A stretch of DNA of 64,000 nt. Source: an uncultured virus (IMG/VR IMGVR_UViG_3300037519_000101) (taxonomy: Duplodnaviria; Heunggongvirae; Uroviricota; Caudoviricetes). Shown one piece after another: positions 15,729 through 25,745 of the stretch. Position numbers and translations under genes: made by a program. The stretch lies in IMG/VR virus record IMGVR_UViG_3300037519_000101. One strand, 5' to 3'. The notes under the pieces were generated by a model. It saw nothing but the letters and a program-made list of their open reading frames with translations. It had not been told where the DNA came from and ran no database searches. Within the stretch, counting starts at the first letter, position 1, and each line of letters starts with the position of its first letter.

Positions 15729-16442
15729 ATGAAAGAAAAACTAGAATTAGACAAAATTGTAGACAAATTATATGAAGATTTAGTTCCTTCTGGATGGGCC
15801 AGAGTATTAAGAACTTTTATATATAGTTCTGATTTTAAAAATATAATACAATCATTAGCTAATGAAAGTTTATTAGATAGAAGATTTACTCCTCCTTTAA
15901 GAGATATATTTAGAGCATTTAAAGAATGTCCTTATGATGATCTTAAAGTGGTCATAGTAGGTCAAGATCCTTATCCAACTATCAATGTGGCAGATGGTAT
16001 TGCTTTCAGTTGTAGCAAAACAATGAGGTTACAACCAAGTTTAAAGTTTATGTTAGATGAGGTAAACAGAACTGTTTATAATGGAGATTCTGTTAGTAAT
16101 AATCCTGATTTAACCAGATGGTCTAGACAAGGTATACTTATGCTTAATACAGCTCTTACAACTGAAATAGGTAAGATTGGTAAACACTATGATATATGGA
16201 AACCAATGTTAAATTATCTTTTTGATTACTTATCAAATTATAATAATGGATTGGTGTATATTTACATGGGAAAAGAAGCACGTACTTGGGCTGATAATGT
16301 TAATGATAATTGCTTTAAGCTATTTTGTTCTCATCCAGCATCTGCTATTTATAATAAATTTAGAAGATGGGATTCTCAAAATGTATTTCCTATAGCACAA
16401 AAAATAGTGGATGAAAATTATAAACATTTAATTCTTTGGTGA
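15729..16442 (+). CDS. ung: Uracil-DNA glycosylase, family 1
   Basis: VVIVGQDPYP, GIAFS, PSL, LMLNTALT, SHPAS. Confidence 0.95.
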   Translation: MKEKLELDKIVDKLYEDLVPSGWARVLRTFIYSSDFKNIIQSLANESLLDRRFTPPLRDIFRAFKECPYDDLKVVIVGQDPYPTINVADGIAFSCSKTMRLQPSLKFMLDEVNRTVYNGDSVSNNPDLTRWSRQGILMLNTALTTEIGKIGKHYDIWKPMLNYLFDYLSNYNNGLVYIYMGKEARTWADNVNDNCFKLFCSHPASAIYNKFRRWDSQNVFPIAQKIVDENYKHLILW

Positions 16443-17029
16443 TGGAAGAGATATTTAACAGACTAATTAAAGAAGGTTTAATGCCTAATACTTACTATGT
16501 ATTACATTGCTTAAAAGAGAAAGTTATTCCTAACAATATTGTTAATAAAGAACTAGAAATCAGTAGATTAAAAGCTAATGATTGGGTTAGTGAAGATTTG
16601 GTATTAACTGCAAAAAGTCTTATATTTACAGAAGAAATCAACAGTTTCTTTAAGAAAACTAAAAAGAAAACCGTTAGTGCACTTATGGGAGAAGATTACA
16701 TAACAATGATGTTAAACTACTTAGAAATATTTCCTAATAGAAAACTTAACTCTGGCAAACCTGCTAGAGTAAATGTTAAAAATCTAGAAGGAGCATTCAA
16801 GTGGTTTTTTGAAACTTATGATTATAGCTGGGAAACAATTTTAAATGCAACTGAAAAATACGTGTCTGAATATGAATTAAAAAGGTATGAGTATATGAGA
16901 AATTCACAATATTTTATCCGTAAACAAAACTTGGATAAATCCTTTGAGTCAGATCTGGCTACATATTGTGAACTAGTAGTATCTGGTGCAGATGAAGTTC
17001 CTACTTATTTTAGGGACAACATAGTGTGA
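16436..17029 (+). CDS. Hypothetical replication-module protein
   Basis: Lies between UDG and DnaB; function inferred from position only. Confidence 0.6.
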   Translation: MVMEEIFNRLIKEGLMPNTYYVLHCLKEKVIPNNIVNKELEISRLKANDWVSEDLVLTAKSLIFTEEINSFFKKTKKKTVSALMGEDYITMMLNYLEIFPNRKLNSGKPARVNVKNLEGAFKWFFETYDYSWETILNATEKYVSEYELKRYEYMRNSQYFIRKQNLDKSFESDLATYCELVVSGADEVPTYFRDNIV

Positions 17030-17049
17030 TCAATTTTTAAAATCCACAT

Positions 17050-18057
17050 ATGTCAAATTTATTTAATGGTGCAAGACCTTTGCTACCTGTTAGTGAAAGG
17101 CAGTCCGTAGAAAAAGCTATCTATAAAATTAGAGCTAGGCGACAGGGTACATTAAAATCCCTAAAAAGTGCTTGGCCTAAATTTAATGATGCCTTCTGTG
17201 ATGGTCTTGAATGGAGAACAATTACCGTGGTTGGTGCCAGACCTGGAACCGGTAAAACTTTATTTATGGAGCAGTTGATTAGTGATATTATTGCTAATAA
17301 CAGTGACCAATATTTTAGAGTTTTAAAGTTTCAGATGGAGATGGTAGATGAAACCAGCGGTGTAAGAAAACTGAGTCTGATTACAAGTGCTGATTACAAC
17401 ACATTAATGAGTAAAGATGGAAAACTTGTAGATAAGAGAATCTATGATGAATGCGTTAGGTATTACCAAGGAATGCAAGCAATGGACAGGATTAATGTTG
17501 TCTATGATGCTTGTACAGTAGATGAGATGTGTGCTACTATACACTATGAGATGGATAAGTACAAAAATGAAGATGGTACTTTTAATAACATGCTAGTTGC
17601 TATAGATCACTCAGCTTTATTTAAAGTTGGTAAGGGACAGAAAGACAAATTTGATATGCTAGGAAGCTTAGGTGAGGCTCTCACAATGATGAAAAAGAAA
17701 TATCCTATAGCATTTATTGTACTAAGTCAACTTAATAGAAACATAGATGATCCTAAAAGACAAGAGGAAGGTGTTTATGGAAATTATGTGTTAGATTCTG
17801 ATATTTACGGGTCTGATGCTTTGCTACAACATGCTGATGTGGTTATGGGTATTAATAAGCCTTCTGTAAGAAAAATTAGGTTATATGGTCCAGAAAAATT
17901 TATTATTCAGGATGAAGATATCTTAGTGTTTCATTTCCTTAAATCAAGGAATGGTACTACTAGGATTAGCTTTTTTAAACTTGATCGGACTACAATGAGG
18001 ATTGTAGAAGTACCAACACCACCAACAGCAATTAAACCAAAAATTTCAACAATATGA
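17050..18057 (+). CDS. dnaB: Replicative DnaB-like (SF4) helicase
   Basis: GARPGTGKT, FQMEM, IDH, LSQLNR, LLQHADVV, KSRNG. Confidence 0.93.
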   Translation: MSNLFNGARPLLPVSERQSVEKAIYKIRARRQGTLKSLKSAWPKFNDAFCDGLEWRTITVVGARPGTGKTLFMEQLISDIIANNSDQYFRVLKFQMEMVDETSGVRKLSLITSADYNTLMSKDGKLVDKRIYDECVRYYQGMQAMDRINVVYDACTVDEMCATIHYEMDKYKNEDGTFNNMLVAIDHSALFKVGKGQKDKFDMLGSLGEALTMMKKKYPIAFIVLSQLNRNIDDPKRQEEGVYGNYVLDSDIYGSDALLQHADVVMGINKPSVRKIRLYGPEKFIIQDEDILVFHFLKSRNGTTRISFFKLDRTTMRIVEVPTPPTAIKPKISTI

Positions 18058-18740
18058 GTGTAACAATTAGAAAAACAAGAGAGAAAGAATTCTATGTGCA
18101 TCACATAGAAACATTTAAGAAGCTTGGTCTTGCTGATCCAGCTTTCTTAATCAAAACTGCATTTTTCCAAAAAGGTAAGTATGGAAGACAAGTCCAATTT
18201 TTTGAATCTGAACTGGGAAAAGGTGAAGATTTATATATTGAGCTTTATGACAATGTAACGGATGTTTCAGGTTCCGTTCTTGATGTAAAACCTTTTTATG
18301 AACATAGACAGTTGTTTAAATACAGATACAACCCATTCTTCTCTGAAGAGTATGATAAGAAAAGTGGTGTATCTTCTTCAGGAGCTGAATATTCTTTATT
18401 CACTGTACCATTACAAGAATTAATGGCTATTAATCCTGATGGAACAGCATTAAGCTTTGGTTTGTTTGAGAAAAGACTTACTGAGATTGAAGAAAAGAAA
18501 AAAGTTGGTGACTTTGATATGGATTTACCAAGACTTCAGAATTCTTTAGTTGACAATAATGACTTTCCAGATTTTACTGAAGGGTTAGTAACAAAACCTG
18601 CTACTGCAATAGAAAGTATAGCTATGACTAACAAAGATCCTTTGATGAGTGAAATGACTATTCAAGATTTTGCTGCAATTATGTGGAAAAAACCTGTAAG
18701 TAATAGACAATGGTTAAATGATTTAATTACAAAACAATGA
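18054..18740 (+). CDS. Hypothetical replication-module protein
   Basis: ATGA overlaps at both ends. Confidence 0.8.
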   Translation: MSVTIRKTREKEFYVHHIETFKKLGLADPAFLIKTAFFQKGKYGRQVQFFESELGKGEDLYIELYDNVTDVSGSVLDVKPFYEHRQLFKYRYNPFFSEEYDKKSGVSSSGAEYSLFTVPLQELMAINPDGTALSFGLFEKRLTEIEEKKKVGDFDMDLPRLQNSLVDNNDFPDFTEGLVTKPATAIESIAMTNKDPLMSEMTIQDFAAIMWKKPVSNRQWLNDLITKQ

Positions 18741-19456
18741 GTATAGTACTTCCAACTACAAAAGTAAAAGCTCAAAGAGCTAATCCTAAAAGATTGGTTA
18801 TCTATTCAAAACCTAAAACAGGTAAAACTACTTGTTATGCGGGTCTTGAAGATAATTTAATCTTAGATTTAGAGCATGGTGCAGATTTTATTGAAGCATT
18901 GAAAATTCCAATTACTAATTTGCAAGAATTATTAGATGCCGGTAAGGCAATTAGAGAAGCTAATAAGCCTTATAAGTATGTTACTATTGATACAGTAACA
19001 GCATTGGAAGAAATGATTCACCCGCTTGCAATAAAATTATACAGACAAACAAGCATGGGGAAAAATTATGATGGTGATAATATTACAAGTTTACCAAATG
19101 GTGCAGGATATTTGTATATTCGCCAAGCTTTTTTCCAGGTGCTTGATTTTGTTGATACACTTGCAGATCATGTAATTTTATCTGGACACATCAAAGACAA
19201 ACAAGTTGATGATAAAGGTGAGATGGTTATGGCAGCAAATATAGATTTGACAGGTAAAATCAAATCTCTGGTTTGTGCTAATGCAGATGCAATTGGCTAC
19301 TTATATCGCAAAGGTCCTAAAACTATACTAAGTTTTAAGACTAATGATGAAGTAACTTGTGGTGCAAGACCAGATCACTTGAGAAATAAAGAAATAGTAA
19401 TTGCTGATTCAAGTGAAGGACCTTTGAAAGTGTCTTGGGATGAAGTATATATTTAA
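18737..19456 (+). CDS. AAA_24/Sak4-like P-loop ATPase
   Basis: YSKPKTGKTT, LDLEHG, TIDTVT, LSGH. Confidence 0.85.
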   Translation: MSIVLPTTKVKAQRANPKRLVIYSKPKTGKTTCYAGLEDNLILDLEHGADFIEALKIPITNLQELLDAGKAIREANKPYKYVTIDTVTALEEMIHPLAIKLYRQTSMGKNYDGDNITSLPNGAGYLYIRQAFFQVLDFVDTLADHVILSGHIKDKQVDDKGEMVMAANIDLTGKIKSLVCANADAIGYLYRKGPKTILSFKTNDEVTCGARPDHLRNKEIVIADSSEGPLKVSWDEVYI

Positions 19457-19490
19457 AAAGTAAGTTTAACAATTAAAAAGTAAAAAAAAG

Positions 19491-20168
19491 ATGGCTTTAA
19501 GTACAACTGATTTAGGAACAGGCACAGGGATGCCTAAAACAATTACTCCAGGTAATAATGTTTTAAAAATTAATTCTATTCACTTAGAAGATTTCTCATT
19601 TATTGAAGGTGCATACCACTTAATGTTAAATGTAGAAACTCCAGCTATTGATGATTTTGAAGGTTTTCAAATTGACAAAGATGATGAAAGTAAAGGACGC
19701 TATGCTGGTCAAATTGGTAGAGTAAAAGCATCTCAATATGCATTTGCGGATGGTGAAACTAAATCCGGTGTTAAAATTCAAAGAGATAGATCTATCATGA
19801 TTTTCTTAAAGAACTTAGCACATAGCTATGGTATTGATGAGTGGTTTGTTGCTCAAGATAACAAGTTTGATACAATTGAAGACTTTGTTAAAAACTTCAG
19901 TGCAAATGCACCTATCAAAGATAAATATCTTAACTGGTGTGTAGGTGGTAAAGAGTATATGGGTAAAACTGGTTATACCAACTATGATATGTATTTACCA
20001 AAAGGTGAAGGTCAAAAATATGCTTATGGTGCTGAAGCTGCTAAAGTTTTAGAATATAATGAAGCTAAACACCTTAAAAAGCTTGAAGTAACTGAAAAGA
20101 AAGAATTTGGTGAAGATGCTGATTTATCTATTCCAAGTAAGAATGCTGCTGACTTCAGCTTAGATTAA
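19491..20168 (+). CDS. Hypothetical protein, possible ssDNA-binding partner of the ATPase
   Basis: Follows the Sak4-like gene; acidic tail ending DFSLD; own terminator. Confidence 0.55.
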   Translation: MALSTTDLGTGTGMPKTITPGNNVLKINSIHLEDFSFIEGAYHLMLNVETPAIDDFEGFQIDKDDESKGRYAGQIGRVKASQYAFADGETKSGVKIQRDRSIMIFLKNLAHSYGIDEWFVAQDNKFDTIEDFVKNFSANAPIKDKYLNWCVGGKEYMGKTGYTNYDMYLPKGEGQKYAYGAEAAKVLEYNEAKHLKKLEVTEKKEFGEDADLSIPSKNAADFSLD

Positions 20169-20184
20169 GTAATTAACTTTTGAG

Positions 20185-20214
20185 AAAGGGAGTCTCAGTG
20201 CTCCCTTTTTTATT
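20185..20214 (+). terminator. Rho-independent terminator
   Basis: AAAGGGAGT/GCTCCCTTT stem followed by a T tract. Confidence 0.85.
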
Positions 20215-20229
20215 CTAATATAAATTGTT

Positions 20230-21204
20230 ATGATTTCTACTAAAGCAATTATATATGATTTGAATCAAGTTCCTACAGAATGGCCTTTTGAATTCTATCT
20301 TAATCTTCCAGAAAAACTTACTGGACAAGATCTTAAAATCAAATCAGTATTTTCTCCAGAGAAAACACCTTCCTTTTGTATTTATCCTGATAAAATGGGT
20401 AAGTATAGATTTAAGGATTTTTCTTCAGGAAAATCTGGTGATACTATTGACTTTGTTTTGTTTTATTATAATCTAGAATCAAGAGGTGTTGCTGTAAGAA
20501 AGATAATGGATGACTATTCAGAATACATTTCTAGGCATGACATTATTCCCAGAGAGTATGTGGCTGAAAGTAGGTATGAAGTTTCAGATTATGAGATTAG
20601 ACACTGGAATAATCTTGATCAAGATTTCTGGATGGGTTACAAAATTTCTTCTAGGTTACTAAAAGAATATAATGTTCAACCTATAAAGTATTTTATCTTG
20701 AGTAAAACAGATAATGAAGGTGAGGTAAAAGAATTAAGATTTGAGAATCAATATACTTATGGTTATTTTAGAAAAGATGGTACTTTATATAAGATCTATC
20801 AGCCTAAAAATAAGAAAAGTAAATTTATCAAAGTCTCTGATTATATTCAGGGTTCTGAGCAGGTTAACTTTGATTGTAAATATCTTATTCTTACTAAATC
20901 TCTAAAGGATATTATGTCTTTTAAGACTCTTGGTATTGGTAATGCTGAAGCTATTGCTCCGGATAGTGAGAACACTGTCATTTCTGAAGGTATTATGAAA
21001 AAGTATATGCATAAATATGCTAAGATCTTAGTACTTTTTGATAATGATGAGCCCGGAATTGAAGCTTCTAAAGCATATCAAAAGAGATATGGTTTTGATT
21101 ACTTAATACTACCTTTTGAAAAGGACATTTCAGATACTGTTAAAGCCAGAGGTGTTCAAGAAACAAGAAACATTGTGTTTAATCTAATAAAAAGTAAATT
21201 ATGA
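20230..21204 (+). CDS. DNA primase (DnaG-like TOPRIM)
   Basis: EKTPSF...FKDFSSGKSGD N-domain; LFDNDEPG and KDISD TOPRIM motifs. Confidence 0.85.
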   Translation: MISTKAIIYDLNQVPTEWPFEFYLNLPEKLTGQDLKIKSVFSPEKTPSFCIYPDKMGKYRFKDFSSGKSGDTIDFVLFYYNLESRGVAVRKIMDDYSEYISRHDIIPREYVAESRYEVSDYEIRHWNNLDQDFWMGYKISSRLLKEYNVQPIKYFILSKTDNEGEVKELRFENQYTYGYFRKDGTLYKIYQPKNKKSKFIKVSDYIQGSEQVNFDCKYLILTKSLKDIMSFKTLGIGNAEAIAPDSENTVISEGIMKKYMHKYAKILVLFDNDEPGIEASKAYQKRYGFDYLILPFEKDISDTVKARGVQETRNIVFNLIKSKL

Positions 21205-21635
21205 GTGTGGATTTTTGGACATACAAAGGACAAGTATTTGGGGAACTAGATATTCCTGATAAGGCAATAGGTTTTATTTATTCTATGACAGCTATAATAG
21301 ATGGTAAGTCTGTTGCTTACATAGGAAAGAAGAACTTCTTTGCTAACATCAAGAGACCGCTTGGTAAAAAAGCTTTAGCTGTAACTACTGATAAAAGGTT
21401 AAAGAAATATAAACTGGTTATTAGACCGGATTTTCTTAATTACTACAGTTCAAATGCAGTACTAAAGCAAGCACATAAGCAAGGTGTGACAATAAAAAGA
21501 GAAATACTTAAAATATGTTATTCAAGTATGGAGCTTACTTATCAAGAAACTAAACATCAATTTTGTATGGAAGTACTTGAAAAAGAAGAGTTTCTGAATG
21601 GTAATATTCTAGGTAGATTTTATAAAGTAAAATAA
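21201..21635 (+). CDS. GIY-YIG family nuclease
   Basis: GFIY...YIGKK...YYSS...E...NGNI. Confidence 0.75.
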   Translation: MSVDFWTYKGQVFGELDIPDKAIGFIYSMTAIIDGKSVAYIGKKNFFANIKRPLGKKALAVTTDKRLKKYKLVIRPDFLNYYSSNAVLKQAHKQGVTIKREILKICYSSMELTYQETKHQFCMEVLEKEEFLNGNILGRFYKVK

Positions 21636-21636
21636 T

Positions 21637-22053
21637 ATGGAAAAATTCTCATTTGGAAAAGAAGAATGTAAAAATCTGATTGCAATGATTAAGTCACCTG
21701 ATGAAAGTAACCATGAAATAGCAAAAACAATATTAGAATCCCTTGACATTGAAGAGAATCTTCAGTGGGTTTTTATAATTATTGTATTTGCTGGTAAATC
21801 TGAAAGATTCTGGATGCATAATAATTTTTATAATGAACTCACTAAAAGATTTGGTAGTTTTCTACAAGCTTCTCTAGAGAACAGAGCAATGAGTTTAACA
21901 CTCTTGAATACTGTTTTACCTAATGAAGTAAAGTTAAAATCTCCTTATGTTGAGTTGTATTTTGAATTATACTTTCTAGAAATGAAAAAGAGTCTGAATC
22001 AGTATGGGTATGATTTTGTGAATGAAATTCAAATAAAAGCAAAAGATGAATAA
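21637..22053 (+). CDS. Hypothetical protein
   Basis: 138-aa packed ORF. Confidence 0.75.
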   Translation: MEKFSFGKEECKNLIAMIKSPDESNHEIAKTILESLDIEENLQWVFIIIVFAGKSERFWMHNNFYNELTKRFGSFLQASLENRAMSLTLLNTVLPNEVKLKSPYVELYFELYFLEMKKSLNQYGYDFVNEIQIKAKDE

Positions 22054-22266
22054 AGTAGATTTACTAAGCAAGGCTATAAAAGACCTTATGCTTAAAGAAC
22101 CCTATTATGGGTATTTTCTAATTCAGCTGAATAAGCATTGGAGAAATGACATTCCTACAGCAGGTGTAAGTAAAAATGGTATTAACTACCAGTTGGCCAT
22201 AAATGAAGATTTCTGGGTTAACACACTTACAGACCTACATAGACTAGGTATCATGAAACATGAGCT
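22046..22266 (+). CDS. Metallopeptidase-vWA protein, exon 1
   Basis: EPYYG...IPTAGV...INEDF...GIMKHE(L); ends at the U of the P1 U-G pair. Confidence 0.9.
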
Positions 22267-23374
22267 CAATTAGGGCTCCTTATACAGCAATGTATATGTA
22301 AAACGTCTTAAATTGCGGGAACTGCCTAAAGCTTTATCTACCAAGTATACATAGTGATATAGTATATGGCCAGAGTAACTACCTGGGTATGGTAAAAAGG
22401 ATAAAGATGTCTTAATGGCAAATCCGCAGCCAAATTTCTTGATTATATGATTTATTTTTGGTATATTATAGTATAAATACTTACATATATGAAAACAGAA
22501 ATAGAACAAAGTGTAATTGATTATTATATTACTGATAGGTTATCAGGTCAAAAAATTGCAAGTACATTAGAAATAAATGTAAAAACTGTATTTGCAATTT
22601 TAAAAAGAAATAATATAAAATCAAGAACTCTGTCTGAATCAGCAATGAAATATACTTGTCAAGATGACTTTTTTAATGTTATAAACACAGAAAAAAAAGC
22701 ATATTGGTTAGGAGTATTGTTTGCTGATGGTAATATTACAAAAAAAGCAAGTAAATCTGGACAAATTATTTTTTCATCAAAAGACAAAGAATGGGTAAAA
22801 CTATTTTTATCAGATGTTGGATCAAATAATTCTCCAAATTGTGAATATCAAAGAGTATATAAAAAGTATATATGGAAAGCTCAAATAACATCAGCTCAAA
22901 TGTATAATGATCTAAATAATCTAGGATGTACACCTACTAAAACTAAAACAATAAGAATACCTATATTAGAAGATGAATTAATTCATCATTTTATTAGAGG
23001 ATATTTTGATGGTGATGGTACAGTTGGTGTTTATAAAAATCTAAAAAATAATGATTGGAAAATCTTAAAATCAGGTTTTTGTTCAGGTTCACAAGAATTT
23101 ATTATTGACTTATTAAAAATATTACCTGTAAAAAATAAAACTATTAAGGAAAGTAATGAGTGTTATATTACACAACATTCTTTGCAGGATACTCTTAATC
23201 TATTTAAATACATGTATAAAGATTATATTACATGTTTAGAGAGAAAGAGACAAGTTTTTATTAATTACTTAGACACATATAAAGCAAGAAAGAGGTTCAA
23301 CGACTACAATAGACCATCCCTAGCGGATGAAGGTATAGTCTGATCTTATGTGAAAACATGAGTTAACAAAAATG
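22267..23374 (+). mobile_element. Group I intron (1108 nt) carrying a homing endonuclease gene
   Basis: P1 GAGCU/GGCUC; P AAATTGCGGGAA (22310), Q AATCCGCAGC (22421), R GTTCAACGACTA (23295), S AAGGTATAGTC (23330); terminal G 23374; splicing restores the frame. Confidence 0.95.
22489..23343 (+). CDS. Intron-encoded LAGLIDADG homing endonuclease with N-terminal HTH
   Basis: AYWLGVLFADG and HFIRGYFDGDG motifs. Confidence 0.93.
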   Translation: MKTEIEQSVIDYYITDRLSGQKIASTLEINVKTVFAILKRNNIKSRTLSESAMKYTCQDDFFNVINTEKKAYWLGVLFADGNITKKASKSGQIIFSSKDKEWVKLFLSDVGSNNSPNCEYQRVYKKYIWKAQITSAQMYNDLNNLGCTPTKTKTIRIPILEDELIHHFIRGYFDGDGTVGVYKNLKNNDWKILKSGFCSGSQEFIIDLLKILPVKNKTIKESNECYITQHSLQDTLNLFKYMYKDYITCLERKRQVFINYLDTYKARKRFNDYNRPSLADEGIV

Positions 23375-24464
23375 CTTGCATATTGCTTTTGGACACTTAA
23401 CAGCTTATCATGGATATTCTGATAAGAAGATGGCAAATGTTGCAATGGATATGGAGATCAACCAGTATATAGAAGATACATGGTTACCAGGTGGTGAATA
23501 TACTCCTGAAGAATATACAGCTCTTAAAGAGACTGTAATGGCTGAATATAAACAAGCCAAAGATTCTGGTTCTACGGAAGAAGAATTGAAAGAAATTGAA
23601 GCTAAATTACCTATGAGAGGTATAATGATTGATGATTATCATGAGTTAAACCTTGATAGAAAAGCAGGTACTAAATACTACTATAAGAAGCTCAAAGAAG
23701 GTAAGGAGAAGAAAGAACAAACCGGTAGTTCAGGTTCTGAAGCACTTGACCAATTACTTGACCAAATGGATCAAGGAATGGATACAGGTGCTGAACATGA
23801 TACATGGGAAGAATTTGAAGATATAAGTGAAACAGAACAAAAGCTTATTGACCGTCAGATTCAGAGAATTCTTACAGAAGCAAAGGAACAGACCATAAAG
23901 AAAAGAGGTACTATTCCTGGTGAGATGGGAGCTTTGATAAAAGTAGACCAAATTGTAAAACCCAAATTTGATTGGAAAGGTTATGTCAGAAGATTTACTG
24001 GTACAAGTACAAAAGTATTTACCAAGAAACTTCAAAGAAAGGAAAACAAAAAATTCCCAACTTATCCAGGTCTAAAAATTAAAATGCGTCAGCATGTTTT
24101 GTTGGCTATTGACACTTCAGGTTCAGTAAGTGATACAGAGCTTAAAGAATTTATGAATGAGATTTTTCACATTTATAAAACTGGAGTAGATATAACTATC
24201 ATACAATGTGATACAAAAATCAATAGTATTGAACCTTATAAGGGCAAGAATGATTTGAACATTGTAGGTAGAGGTGGGACTGAATTTGATCCCGTCCTAG
24301 AGTATTATGATGCTAATATTAGAAAATATACAAGTTTGATATATTTTACTGATGGTGAGTGTTACACTAGAATAAAGCCAAAAGGCAAAATATTGTGGGT
24401 ATTATCTGAAAGATCAAGTATGAATACAGAATTACCAGGCAAAGTTATTAAGTTAGAGTTATAA
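23375..24464 (+). CDS. Metallopeptidase-vWA protein, exon 2 (spliced product 436 aa)
   Basis: LHIAFGH...NVAMDMEINQ peptidase part; IDTSGS MIDAS, GGGT-like GRGGT, FTDG. Confidence 0.92.
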
Positions 24465-24482
24465 AAATTAAAAAGAAAAGTT

Positions 24483-25652
24483 ATGAGCCAAGTTCAATTA
24501 AATTTAGATGAGTTAAAAGATTTTGTAAAGTATATGGTTACTAATAACCAACATATTCAAAGTATAGGTAAAGTACCTGTTGCTATAAATGTTGAGGGTG
24601 ATGCAGGTTTGGGTAAAACTTCATCAGTAAAGCAATTAGCTTCTGAACTTAACATGGATATCATCAGATTAAACTTAGCAGAGTTTGAGGAATTAGGTGA
24701 CTTAGTAGGTTTTCCTGTAAAAGAATTTGAGATTTCAAATGCTGAAGGTAAAACTACCTGGATTAATGAGCATCAAATTGATGCTGCCATGAAGAAAGGT
24801 TACAAAGTAATTAATAAGAGAATGTCACATGCTGCTCCGGAATGGATTCAAGGAAGAAAAGAAGGTGGTTTCTTAATTCTTGATGACTACACCAGAGCTG
24901 ACCATAGATTTATGCAAGCTACCATGACTTTGATTGATGAGCAAGCATATGCTTCTTGGAAATTACCAAAGAACTGGCATATTTTATTGACAACTAATCC
25001 AGACAATGGAGATTACAATGTAACTTCTTTGGATGTTGCTCAGAAAACTAGATTTATTTCCACAGAAGTAAAATTTGATGTTAATATCTGGGCTAAATGG
25101 GCTGAGAAAGCTCAGATAGACAGTAGAGGTATCAACTTCTTACTAATGAATCCTGAATTAGTTTCTCAAAGAATTAATCCAAGGATGATTACTACATTCT
25201 TTAACTCTATCAGTTCTATCCAAGATTTCTCTAAGAATTTACCAATTATTCAAATGATTGGTGAGGGTTCTGTAGGTAATGATTTTGCATCTATGTTTAC
25301 TATGTTTATCAATAACAAACTAGATAAGATTATTGGCCCTAAAGATATCTTTGAGAAAGATGAGCAATATGTGTTAAACACACTTAAAAGTGCTATAGGA
25401 GAAGGTGATGACTTCCGTGCTGATTTATCTAGTGTAGTTGCAACAAGAATTGTCAATTATGGTTTAACTCATGCAGAGAAAAATCCTATAACTAAAGTAA
25501 TGACTGATAGAATCATCAAATTAACTACTGAGTGTGATTCTTTCACTGATGATTTAAGATACTATATCATCAAAGAATTAATCAATGGTAACAAGGTTAA
25601 ATTTGCTCCATTGATGATGAATGCTAATGTAGTAAAGATGTCTGTTAAATAA
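24483..25652 (+). CDS. MoxR-like AAA+ ATPase
   Basis: GDAGLGKT, LILDD, TTNP, DVAQKTRF, NPR; adjacent to the vWA gene. Confidence 0.88.
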   Translation: MSQVQLNLDELKDFVKYMVTNNQHIQSIGKVPVAINVEGDAGLGKTSSVKQLASELNMDIIRLNLAEFEELGDLVGFPVKEFEISNAEGKTTWINEHQIDAAMKKGYKVINKRMSHAAPEWIQGRKEGGFLILDDYTRADHRFMQATMTLIDEQAYASWKLPKNWHILLTTNPDNGDYNVTSLDVAQKTRFISTEVKFDVNIWAKWAEKAQIDSRGINFLLMNPELVSQRINPRMITTFFNSISSIQDFSKNLPIIQMIGEGSVGNDFASMFTMFINNKLDKIIGPKDIFEKDEQYVLNTLKSAIGEGDDFRADLSSVVATRIVNYGLTHAEKNPITKVMTDRIIKLTTECDSFTDDLRYYIIKELINGNKVKFAPLMMNANVVKMSVK

Positions 25653-25701
25653 TCAGGACTATTCAGTTCCCTGTAAAAAAAGTTAACTTAATTATTAACC
25701 T

Positions 25702-25733
25702 GGATAGGGGTGGATTATTCCCCTATCCTTTTT
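25702..25733 (+). terminator. Rho-independent terminator
   Basis: GGATAGGGG/CCCCTATCC stem followed by TTTTT. Confidence 0.8.
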
Positions 25734-25745
25734 ATATTAAAAAAA

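Noticed and set aside
22046..22273. 75-aa stand-alone ORF or pseudogene fragment
   Set aside because: It is exon 1 of the intron-split peptidase gene.
22270..22509. 79-aa minus-strand ORF
   Set aside because: Antisense to the group I intron core; spurious.
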